A stretch of 64,000 nucleotides of DNA from an uncultured Phycisphaerales bacterium (GTDB lineage: Bacteria; Planctomycetota; Phycisphaerae; Tepidisphaerales; Tepidisphaeraceae), in the NCBI GenBank assembly GCA_963755915.1, contig CAVWLP010000002.1, positions 384,001 through 448,000 of the forward strand, read 5' to 3'. The notes beneath the pieces are model-generated. The model had not been told where the DNA came from, did no database searches, and saw only the letters and a program-made list of their open reading frames with translations. Each line of letters opens with the position of its first letter. Position 1 is the first letter of the stretch. The position numbers were made by a program, and so were the translations under genes. Shown piece after piece: positions 9,923-19,433 of the stretch.

Positions 9923-10050
9923 GGGACATAAAGGGGTCACTTCCTATTCTGTCCCCTTCCGTCCATTTATGTAGGTTGGTACGGCCCCCTCGATAAGCCC
10001 AGTCGGTCAGAAATGGATGTGACCCCTTCATGTCCCCCCTTTATGTCCCC
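9923..10050. repeat. REP/MITE-like element with 29-bp inverted arms
   Basis: GGGACATAAAGGGGTCACTTCCTATTCTG (9923-9951) vs CAGAAATGGATGTGACCCCTTCATGTCCC (10008-10036), 25/29; partial arm duplicated after. Confidence 0.7.
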
Positions 10051-10130
10051 CGTCGAGCCGGTTAATTACTTCGGCTTCCCGATGAGGAGAATTATAGGGA
10101 TTTTTGGTGCGCGCTGGGTAGAATGGAGGC

Positions 10131-10334
10131 ATGATCCAGCAAAAACCGCAGCCATTCACCGCAATTAACGCCGTGGCCTTTCTGCTAATTGTCATCGGTT
10201 CTGGAATCAGCTGGTGGGGTTGGTGGAAACATTACACTTCGGGATTTGGCTTCGTGGGAGCGGCCATCATGTTTGCCGGGTGTATCTTGAGCACATGGGT
10301 CATCATGCGCCGGCGCTGGGTGCGAGCGTCGTAA
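10131..10334 (+). CDS. Small two-TM membrane protein
   Basis: GGAGG RBS; two hydrophobic segments and basic tail. Confidence 0.6.
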   Translation: MIQQKPQPFTAINAVAFLLIVIGSGISWWGWWKHYTSGFGFVGAAIMFAGCILSTWVIMRRRWVRAS

Positions 10335-10406
10335 AACAGATTCAAGCTAAGGTATCTACTCGGAAACCGGCTGCCATTCTGGCGTTTATCATCAGAATGG
10401 GGGTAT

Positions 10407-11174
10407 TTATTCAGGCGGGGGGTTTATCATCAAAGCCTGGGGACTGTTACCTTTTGTACTCAATGCCACCGCACCAACCTTCAATTCCGAAACAAAAGAA
10501 ACAATCGCCTCCGCCGAGGCCTTAGGCTGCGTCTGAAGAACCAGATGCCCCGCAGGCAGATAAGCCACACGCACCGAGGGAAGCGCCCTCTGTACGTCCC
10601 GCAGGTTCCGCTTCACGACAATGAAATCCCGCTGGCCGCGCAGATAAAGAACGGGTATGGGGCACGACTTCAGTTGGCTGGTGACATCCACGCCGATTGC
10701 AGATCGCACCCGATGCGCAATCACTCCCGGCCGGATATCCGCCATCGCCTGCCGGCGAATCGCGGTAAGCTCCGGTTCGGCGTATCCACAAAGCCACGCC
10801 TTCACATTCGCAAAGGGCCGGTACGGCCAAAAGAGAGCCGACAAACACAAATGCCTCAGCCACCCCAGCCTGATCCAAGCCGGATTGCGGATGTACGTTG
10901 CGCAAAGAATCAGCCCCACGAGCCCAGGCGGGCGCGTCGCCGCCGCCATGATCGACAGAGGCCCGGAAAACGATTCACCTACCAGCACAAACGGGACATC
11001 CTTCGGCAAAGCCGACAAAACGCGAGGCAGAAGCTGGGCATACCCCAGCGCCTGATCCGGCGGATACGTCAAAACAATCGGCCGAATCTCCGCGGGAAGA
11101 TGCGGGAGCAGCGGGCGGAACTGTATCCCCGTGCCATCCAGACCCGGCATGAGCACCAGCGCGGTCTCGGTCAC
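10407..11174 (-). CDS. Alpha/beta hydrolase
   Basis: LMPGLDGTG, GESFSG, GHLVLQ. Confidence 0.88.
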   Translation of the reverse strand: MTETALVLMPGLDGTGIQFRPLLPHLPAEIRPIVLTYPPDQALGYAQLLPRVLSALPKDVPFVLVGESFSGPLSIMAAATRPPGLVGLILCATYIRNPAWIRLGWLRHLCLSALFWPYRPFANVKAWLCGYAEPELTAIRRQAMADIRPGVIAHRVRSAIGVDVTSQLKSCPIPVLYLRGQRDFIVVKRNLRDVQRALPSVRVAYLPAGHLVLQTQPKASAEAIVSFVSELKVGAVALSTKGNSPQALMINPPPE

Positions 11175-11178
11175 AGAT

Positions 11179-13104
11179 TTACCCCTCCCTCGCGTAGTAC
11201 TCTTCCTCTAGTTGTTTAAGCTTCTTCCCCAGCGCGCTGAACTCATCGCTCAACTGCTTGCTCCGCCGCGGATCGCGCGCCGTTGCCGAATCAGCGAATT
11301 CCTTCTGGCATTCTCCCAGCGCCACTTCCGTATCGCTGATCTGCCCCTCCAGCTCCTGCAGCGAAAGCCGCCCGAACGGCCGGTTCCACGGATTGTCCGC
11401 CCGCTTCTTTCCCGCCGCCGGCGCCTGTGACGCTCGCGCGCGTGGCGGCTGGGCCTGCGGCCCCTTGGGCTGTTTCTTCGCCGCCGCCTGTCGTTTCGCC
11501 TCTTCGGCCTCCGCGCGGCCCAGGCGGTGTAATTGCCGGTGAACTGCACGATGTCCGGCGGACGCAGGATCAGCAGGCGCGAAACGACCTTGTTCAAAAA
11601 ATACCGGTCATGGCTCACGCACAAAATCGTCCCGGCAAAATCCATCAGCGCCCGCTCCAGCGCTTCGCACGACCGAATGTCCAAGTGATTCGTCGGCTCA
11701 TCCAGCACCAGCACATTCGGGCGATCGATCAGGAGCTGCGCCAGCGCCACCCGCGCCCGCTCGCCGCCGCTGAGCAGGCGCATTGGTTTGTCTACGTCCT
11801 CGCCGCGAAAGAGCATCAGCGCCAGCACCGCCCGCAAATCCACGGGCGAAACATCGCGCTCATCGCGCACCACTTCGGCGACCGTATTGTCCGGATCAAA
11901 ATCCGTCAGTCGCTGATCGTAATACCCGATATTGAGGTTCGCCCCCCAACGGATCTCCCCGCCGTCGGCGTCCCGCCGCGCCAGCAGCACTTCCAAAAGC
12001 GTCGTCTTGCCCGACCCATTGGGGCCGATGATCCCCAAGCGCTCGCCCCGGCGGATTTCCAGGTCGATGCCGGTCCACAGCGCCTTGTTCTCGTACGATT
12101 TGCTCAACTCTTTCACGCTGAGCACGCGGTCGCCCGCGCTGATCGGTCGAGAGCCCCACGCGAATTTTGCGACTGTCCTGCACGCTGCTGATCATCGCGT
12201 CGCTGCGCAGAAGCCGCTCCAGCCTTTTCTTTCGTCCCTGCGCCTTGCGCGCCCGCTGCCCGGCGCTGAACCGGCGAATAAACTCCGACTGCTTCTCAAT
12301 ATCCGCCTGCTGCTGCTCAAAGGCCCGCTGCTGCGAGAGTTCCTGCAACTGCCGCTGCTGGACGAACGCGGAATAATTGCCGGGATACGATTTAATTTGC
12401 GATCCGGTGAGCCAGGCGATGCGATTGGCGAGCCGGTCGAGCAGAAACCGGTCGTGGCTTACGATCAAAACCGCCCCAGCAAAATCCGCCAGATATTCTT
12501 CCAGCCAGGCGATGGCCGTGAGGTCGAGATGGTTTGTCGGCTCATCGAGCAGCAGCAGATCGTTCTGCGCCGTCAGAAGTTTCGCGAGGGCGAGGCGCGA
12601 GCGCTGCCCGCCGGAGAGCGTGCCGACGTTTTGCTCCCAGGTGATTTGCTCGAGCCCTACGCCCAGAAGCGCGGCTTCGAGCTTGTGCCGCCAGGCGTAG
12701 CCGCCGGCGAGTTCAAATTCGTGCTGAACATTCTGGTATTTCTCCAGAACCCGCTCCAGCTCCTCGCCGGTCAGATGGGCCATCTGATGCTCGAGTTCGC
12801 GCTGTTCGTGCGAGAGGCCGTGCAACTTCTCAAACGCCAGCTCCGCCTCGTCGATGACGGTATTGCCGGCGTCAAAAACAGGATCCTGCTCCAGGTGGCC
12901 GATGCGGACATTCTTGGCGATGGCGACGCTGCCGCTGTCGATGACAAGCTGACCGAGGATGGCTTTGAAGAGCGTGCTCTTCCCGCTGCCATTGTCGCCG
13001 ATGAGGCCGACGCGCTCGCCGCGGTCGATGGCGAAGTCGAGCCGATCGAAAAGGACGCGCTTCCCGAAGGTTTTCTCGACGTTGGTGAGGGTGACGATTG
13101 CCAT
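11179..13104 (-). CDS. ABC-F family ATPase (Uup/YheS-like); frameshifts ~12130 and ~11515
   Basis: Two cassettes (GDNGSGKST/LSGGQ/LLDEPTNHLD; GPNGSGKTT/LSGGE/VLDEPTNHLD); coiled-coil tail ...LEEEYYAREG* ends 11179. Confidence 0.92.
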
Positions 13105-13119
13105 AAATCAAATGCGATA

Positions 13120-13229
13120 TTGCCACGGCTCGACTGAGCTCGCCGAAGTCAGATATAGATCAGATAAACACAGATAAAACAATCCCGGCTTCGATTTATC
13201 TGTGTTAATCTGATTTTTATCGGTGGCAA
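13120..13229. repeat. 35-bp inverted-arm palindromic repeat with a 24-nt insertion in the left arm
   Basis: TTGCCAC[24 nt]AGATATAGATCAGATAAACACAGATAAA vs TTTATCTGTGTTAATCTGATTTTTATCGGTGGCAA; 31/35 once insert removed. Confidence 0.85.
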
Positions 13230-13236
13230 ATATTCT

Positions 13237-13930
13237 TCACATCGCCCGCGCGCGGTTTTCGATGTCCTTCAGCAGCGCATCGGCCTGCGGCAGTCCCGCG
13301 GTGCGTGCCGATCGCGCCGCGGCCGCGGCGCCGGTGAGATCGGGGGGTTTGAGGTTCAGCAGCGCGACCGCCTTGCAATAGGCGGCCTCGCCGAGCATCG
13401 GATTGCGGACGATCGCGACGTCAAACCATTTGATCGCGGCCTCGTGCTGTCCCTGCTCCATCAGAATTCGTCCCAGCGTCGTCATGCACTGCTCGCTGGA
13501 ATTGAGGGCATCGGGAAACTCATTGGCTGCCGAGACGGCCTGCCCCAGCTCGCCGATCTGAAGATACAGCAACAAAAGATTATTGAGCGTGACCGAATTG
13601 CCCGGGCTGGCGCATGCTGTTAAACATCTGAATGGCCCGCTGCATCAGCTGCTGCTGATTGGCCGCCGTCTTCTTCTCCAGCGCCTCGGCCGAGCCCTTG
13701 AACTGCGCCCGGCAATTCTGGCATTCACAGATCGGCTGCTTCGCCCCCATCGGGAAGATCGGCAGAAAAAAGAGCGTAAACCAGGTCCGCCGGGATTTGT
13801 TCTGGAAGCTCCCTTCCCGGCCGCAGCGCGGGCAGACCGCCGTCGCGGCGGCGCCGTCATTGGAGATCAGGTTGCGCGAGCCGAAGAAAACGAAAAACCC
13901 GCGGCCGCGAGCGCGCTTGGAATCAGGCAT
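13237..13930 (-). CDS. Zinc-ribbon + TPR protein (frameshift ~13590)
   Basis: CPRC...WFTLFFLPIFP...CQNC then TPR-like helices in adjacent frame. Confidence 0.75.
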
Positions 13931-13998
13931 CGCTCAAGATTATGCCGACATCCCGCCGGGTGTTGCAAATCGCGCCGTTTGCAGTATTTGATCTGCTG

Positions 13999-14541
13999 GT
14001 GATCCGATGGATAGCCATTCTCCTGATCTCGCTGTGCGCCGGCTGCGAGACGATTGAATTCGACGCCACGCCGCAAGGGGTCGGCCAGCCGATCCGCGTC
14101 ACCAACGATCAGGACACACAAATCACGCTTCAGCCGCTGACCTATCGCATGCGGGCTGATGAGGGCCACCTGGTTCTCTGGATCCAAAATCCGACGAGCA
14201 CCCCCGTGGAACTCGTCGGCGACAAAAGCACGGTGATCGATCCCAACGGCGATCCCCATCCGCTCGATGGGCAGACGATTTTTCCAGACAGCTCCGCCAA
14301 ATTCGTCCTCCCGCCGATCAACGAGGGCCCCTCGCAGCCGCCGGTAACCGGCACGGCCGTGCCGGGAAATCAATACGATCAGCCGGGATTCATCGGCTTG
14401 CCGGACGAAAACCAAACCCAGCAGGCGCGCGACGCCTCCTGGCAGTGGGATGACGAGCTGGAAATTGAGCTGAATTTGGTTTTCCGGAGCGGCGATCAGC
14501 AGTTCGAGCAGCATTTTTCCATTCGGCGCGTCCGCAAATAA
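13999..14541 (+). CDS. Putative lipoprotein, unknown function
   Basis: Hydrophobic signal with CAGC lipobox. Confidence 0.7.
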   Translation: MIRWIAILLISLCAGCETIEFDATPQGVGQPIRVTNDQDTQITLQPLTYRMRADEGHLVLWIQNPTSTPVELVGDKSTVIDPNGDPHPLDGQTIFPDSSAKFVLPPINEGPSQPPVTGTAVPGNQYDQPGFIGLPDENQTQQARDASWQWDDELEIELNLVFRSGDQQFEQHFSIRRVRK

Positions 14542-14559
14542 CCCTGAGGGACCTTCTCA

Positions 14560-15399
14560 ATGGTGTGGTGGTCGATCGTTGTATTGGCCGTGGTGCTGAT
14601 AGGCGTGACCAAAAGCGGGTTCGGCTCGGGCGTTGGGCTGATGATCGTCCCGATGACGGCAATCGCCATGGGGCACATCCCCTCGCGCGGGTCGGAAGCC
14701 GCGCTGGGCCTGCTCCTGCCACTTCTCATCGCCGGCGATTTCATCGCGGTCTGGCAGTATTACCATCTATTTTTCGGCGCAGGCGCCGAACCAGACAGCA
14801 AACGTCACGCGGCGCGGGCCTATGTAGGCCGCCTTCTGCCGGGAACCGCCGTCGGCGTCGTGCTGGGCGCATTTCTGTTGGCGTATATCCACAAACGCGC
14901 CGACCTCGTCGGCTCGCTCATCCGCATCGAAATCGGTTGCGAATCTATCCTGCTGGTTTTGATCCACTGGTGGCGGATCTATCGCGGCGTGCAGCAGCAT
15001 CTGCTGCCCGAACCCTGGCGATCCTCACTCACCGGCGGGTTCGCCGCGGTCAGTTCCACGCTGGCCCACGCCGCCGGGCCGATTATCGCGATGTATCTGC
15101 TTCCGCTCGGCCTCGATCGCCAGCTCTTTGTCGGCACGACTGCCGTCTATTTTTTCCTGCTCAATTCCGCGAAACTCCCCGCCTACTACGCCAGCGGCCA
15201 ATTCGCCCACGCCCGGCTTTCGTTCACGATTCGATTTCTGCCGCTGGTGGTGATCGGTGCGATCTTCGGCCGCTGGCTCAACCGCCGGATCAACGACCGG
15301 GTTTTCACGAACATTGTCTACATCGTCACCTTCGCCCTGGGATGGTACATTCTGGCTGATGGAATCCTCAGGCTCTTCTTCAACAAAAGTATTGCCTGA
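14560..15399 (+). CDS. Sulfite exporter TauE/SafE family membrane protein
   Basis: GVTKSGFGSG, LLLPLLIAGD, STLAHAAGP, NSAKLPAY. Confidence 0.88.
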   Translation: MVWWSIVVLAVVLIGVTKSGFGSGVGLMIVPMTAIAMGHIPSRGSEAALGLLLPLLIAGDFIAVWQYYHLFFGAGAEPDSKRHAARAYVGRLLPGTAVGVVLGAFLLAYIHKRADLVGSLIRIEIGCESILLVLIHWWRIYRGVQQHLLPEPWRSSLTGGFAAVSSTLAHAAGPIIAMYLLPLGLDRQLFVGTTAVYFFLLNSAKLPAYYASGQFAHARLSFTIRFLPLVVIGAIFGRWLNRRINDRVFTNIVYIVTFALGWYILADGILRLFFNKSIA

Positions 15400-15400
15400 C

Positions 15401-15895
15401 GTGAAGGTGATCGGGATTCTCAGCGACACGCACGACCGCGCCGACGCCGCCGCCGCGGGAATCAACACCCTCCGCGCCGCCGGGGCCGAATTCCTGATCC
15501 ACTGCGGAGACGTCGGAGGCGAGCGCATTCTCGACCTCCTGGCCGGCATTCCCTGCACGTTCGTCTGGGGCAACTGCGATTTCGATCGCGCATCGCTGGC
15601 AGACTACGCCCAGAACCTGGGCATCGATTGCGCGGGTGAAGCCGCCCGGCTGAAGATGTCCGGCAAACGAATCGCCGTCACCCACGGCGACAATCCCAAG
15701 CTCCTGCGCCAGATCGCCGAGGCCGATCCCGGATATGACTACCTCTTCGTCGGCCACACGCACGTTGCCGGCGAGCATCGCATCGGAAACCTCCGCATCA
15801 TCAACCCCGGCGCCCTGCATCGCGCCGCCAAAAAGACCGTAGCCGTGCTCGACCTGAAATCCGGCGCGCTGCGTCACATTCAGATTCCCGTGTAG
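15401..15895 (+). CDS. YfcE-type metallophosphoesterase
   Basis: SDTH, HCGD, GNCD, THG, GHTH, NPGA. Confidence 0.92.
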   Translation: MKVIGILSDTHDRADAAAAGINTLRAAGAEFLIHCGDVGGERILDLLAGIPCTFVWGNCDFDRASLADYAQNLGIDCAGEAARLKMSGKRIAVTHGDNPKLLRQIAEADPGYDYLFVGHTHVAGEHRIGNLRIINPGALHRAAKKTVAVLDLKSGALRHIQIPV

Positions 15896-15920
15896 GGCGG
15901 GATTGGTACAATTGGGCAAA

Positions 15921-16454
15921 ATGGACGCACCACCCCGGACATGGAAAATCCGGCAATTCCGCCCCGCCGATCTCCCCCGTTGCCGAAAGCTTTACGTCGA
16001 GGGCCTGCTGGGGGGCAAACTCGCCGAAAACGATACCGGGCTGGATATCGACGACATCGAATCGGCCTACATGCACAGCGATGGAAACAACTTCTGGGTC
16101 GCCGAAGACGCCCAGGGATTGGTCGTGGGAATGATCGGCGTCCAGCATCACGATCAAAGCGTGGGGCAGATACGTAGATTACGGGTGGCGACCGACCATC
16201 GCCGCCGCGGTATCGGTAAGGCGCTGCTTGAGACCGCCGTTAAGTTCTGCCGGGAAAACCAGTATCTTAAGGTTGCTCTGGACACCTTCATCGAACGATC
16301 GGCGGCCATAGAAATGTTCCGAAAGCTGGGATTCAATCAGGGCGACACCCGCATGGCCGGCGGTAAGGAGCTGACGGATTTCTATCTCGACCTTTATTCA
16401 GGTCCACCCTCACCCCGCCGGCAGGACCAGGGGTTCACCGGCACGGCCAGTTAG
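15921..16454 (+). CDS. GNAT family acetyltransferase
   Basis: IRRLRV..DHRRRGIGKALL; AIEMFRKLGF. Confidence 0.88.
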   Translation: MDAPPRTWKIRQFRPADLPRCRKLYVEGLLGGKLAENDTGLDIDDIESAYMHSDGNNFWVAEDAQGLVVGMIGVQHHDQSVGQIRRLRVATDHRRRGIGKALLETAVKFCRENQYLKVALDTFIERSAAIEMFRKLGFNQGDTRMAGGKELTDFYLDLYSGPPSPRRQDQGFTGTAS

Positions 16455-16634
16455 AAATGGTGGAAATAAAACGGCCAGTTAAACTGGGCAACCAGACTCA
16501 ATTGTTGCCTGTCGAATCGGTTGTTTGCGCCGGACCAAAGGCAATGTATCATAGCACTCCAACATCCAAGAGGGGTTGGAGCCGTAGTACATAGATGTGA
16601 TCCCGAGACCAGCGCGATTGCAGGAGAAAACGAT

Positions 16635-18907
16635 ATGAAAAGTGTGTTGCAGGGTCGTCGAAACAGGGGGGCGAAGTGCGCCAAAGCGCTTCGGCCGGCG
16701 CATAAGTCCCGCGGCAGTTACCAAACGGAAACGCTCGAGTCTCGAATCCTCCTCAATGGACAAATCCTCGTCGTCCAGGGAAACACCCTCGGCGAATACA
16801 GCACCTCCGGCGCAACCATCAACGCCTCCCTCCTTACCGGCCTGAACGGCGCCGTCAATGGTATCGTCGCCAGCGGCTCAAGCATCTTTTTACCCAACAT
16901 CAACTCCGGTTTGGCCGGTGACGGCTACGTCGCTCAATACTCCACTTCCGGCGCGACCGTCAACGGTGCACTCATCCCCGGTTTGGACAATCCCGAGGGA
17001 ATTGCCCTCTCTGGATCCGATTTGTTCGTCAGCGACGAACTCACCGGCTCCATCGGCGAATACACCACTGCCGGCGCCACCGTTAATGCCGCCATCATCT
17101 CCGGATTATCCTCCGTCAGCAGTGTTCAGCCTCTGTCCATCGCGGTCGCCGGCAACGATATCTACGTTTTGACGTCGGCCTTCAACAGCCAGAATCAGAT
17201 CATCGGCACCGTCGCCGAATACACCACCGGCGGAGTGATCGTCAATCAGTCTTTGATTACCGGATTCTCCGCCGATCAACCCGAAGGCCTCGCCCTTTCC
17301 GACGGCGCGCTTTATCTCGTCAACCACGACGCCGGCACTGTTGCCGAATACACAGCCTCCGGACAGCTCGTCAATCCCTCTCTCATTTCGGGGTTGGCCG
17401 GGCCCGTCGGAATTTCCATCTTCAATTCAGACATCTATGTCATGAACAGTGTCAGTGGCAACGTCGGTGAATACACCACCGCCGGCGCCACCGTTAACGC
17501 CGCCCTCGTTACCGGCGCCTACAACGGCACTTGGCTCGAGGTCGAAACGGCTCCCGGAACCGCCGCTCAGTTGGCCGTCACCTCGCAACCCACACTCACG
17601 GTTGCCGGCCAAGAGATTACTGCTCCCATCACCGTCGTTTTGGAAGATGCCGACGGTAACGTCGAAACCTCCGGCAACTCCACCATTACGCTCTCCGTCC
17701 TCAGCGGCCCCAGCGGCGGCGCCCTCACCGGAACCACCTCCGTCGCCGCCGTCAATGGTCAGGCTACTTTCACCAATCTCTCCTTCACGCGCGGCGGAGA
17801 CTACACCCTCGAGGCGACCAGCTCCGGCCTCACTTCCGCATCCACCGGTCCCATCGATGCCATCGTCGGGTGGATCGACCAGGCCAACTTGGACAACATC
17901 AGCGGATGGGCATACAACCCCAGCAATCCCGGCGTTTCCGTCGGCATCGAGATAGAAATCATGGGCGGTACGACACAGGAGATCACGGCCAACCAGCAGC
18001 GCGCCGATTTGCTGCCCGTAGTCGGAAATCAGGACGTGGGGTTTGATTATTCAACGCCGATGATGACGACCGGGACGCACCAGGTTTACATCTACGCGGA
18101 AGAGCCGGTGCTGGAAACGTCCTGCTCGGCCAGGCGACTCTGGTGAGCCAGAACGGTTTGTTCGATACGCACTATTACGATCAGAACAATCCGCAAGTCG
18201 TACAAGAGGTGGAGTTTGGGTTTTACGCGACGTCTTACGACCAGTTCCTGGCGGTGGGACAATACCAGATGGCGAACAATCCGAATTATGAGCCCAGTCC
18301 CTACTGGAACGAGCAATACTATCTGGCCGTGAATCCCGACGTCGCCGACGCCGTCGAACTGGGGACGGTCAGCTCCGGATTCATGCACTACTACCTCTAC
18401 GGCCAGTACGAGAACCGCCCGGGCCTGGAATGGTTCAGCCCCGATTTCTACCTCGCGGAAAACCCCGACGTGCAGACGGCGATCAATAATGGAACGATTA
18501 CGTCGGCGTTCGAGCATTTCTGCGATTTCGGCCAGTACGAAGGGCGCGACCCCATCGGCCAGATCATCATGGGCACGCCGGTCTCCTATTTCCAGACGGC
18601 GTTGTACGAAGATTCCAACACCGACATCTTGAACTACATCACCGGCGAGCCGTACTCATCGGCATATGAACAGTTCGTGGAAACCGGGCTATCGGATACG
18701 GGGGTCGCGGGGTCGGGCGCGACGGCGGTGCAGACCGGGCGATTGTGGACACTCAACTGGAGCGCGGTGCTTTACTACAATTACCAGACGGGCGCCCTCG
18801 GCAGCGTCGGCGAAAGCAATGTCGAGGGCTTGTTCGAGAACTTTTTGGAATGGGGAGAGTACCTCGGCTACTACGCCGGACAGCCCGGCGTTCCTGTGCC
18901 GATGTGA
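16635..18907 (+). CDS. Large secreted protein: LEPR-XLL-like motif, six-repeat beta-propeller, Ig-like domain, C-terminal Tyr-rich repeats (frameshift ~18105)
   Basis: AGGAG RBS; ETLESRILL; six EY(S/T)TxGxxVNxxLIxGL repeats; YLAxNPDV...HY/F..GQYExR repeats. Confidence 0.8.
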
Positions 18908-19433
18908 TGGGCGGAGGGTGAAACCAGAGACCAGAAACCAGGGACTCGCAACCTCGCAACTTCCTAAGGCTTTTTTCCACTGCTCAACTGTTCTACTGCT
19001 CAACTGTCTCGCGCAGCGCCTGTTCCACTTTCTCGCGCAGCGCCGGGCATTGGGTACAAAAGGTAACAGACCGCAACAATATGGGCGGTTTGGGCAGGTT
19101 GGGGAAAATGACTTCGGATGAGACCAGTTCCCGAGAATTTTCGGCTACTTGTGAAGTTTAAATTTGCCTCCGAGGTTCGGCGTCCTAACGCAGCGCTAAT
19201 CTGATTCATATCGCAATTTAAACCTCTGGACTGTTTCCGAACTGCCTCGGTTGTAGCCCGCCGTATTATTTTGGAGCCTGCGGGAGCTTTTTCTCGATCA
19301 AGAATTCGATATTTTTCTTGCAATAATCTGCAATTGCCGGAAGATGACTTCTTCCGGATGGGACGGGCGGGGTCGTTTTAGCTCATTCCACTTCGATACA
19401 TTCTGTTGACCCTGATTTGCCAAGGGAGGAGTC

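Noticed and set aside
12120-12140. Programmed frameshifting in ABC-F or other genes
   Set aside because: No slippery heptamer with stimulatory structure; breaks are scattered as expected for sequencing error.
16455-16634. Riboswitch upstream of the first large secreted gene
   Set aside because: Only a short CTCCAAC/GTTGGAG hairpin; no aptamer consensus recognised.
16780-17520. CRISPR-like repeated DNA
   Set aside because: Degenerate in-frame protein repeats; no cas genes.
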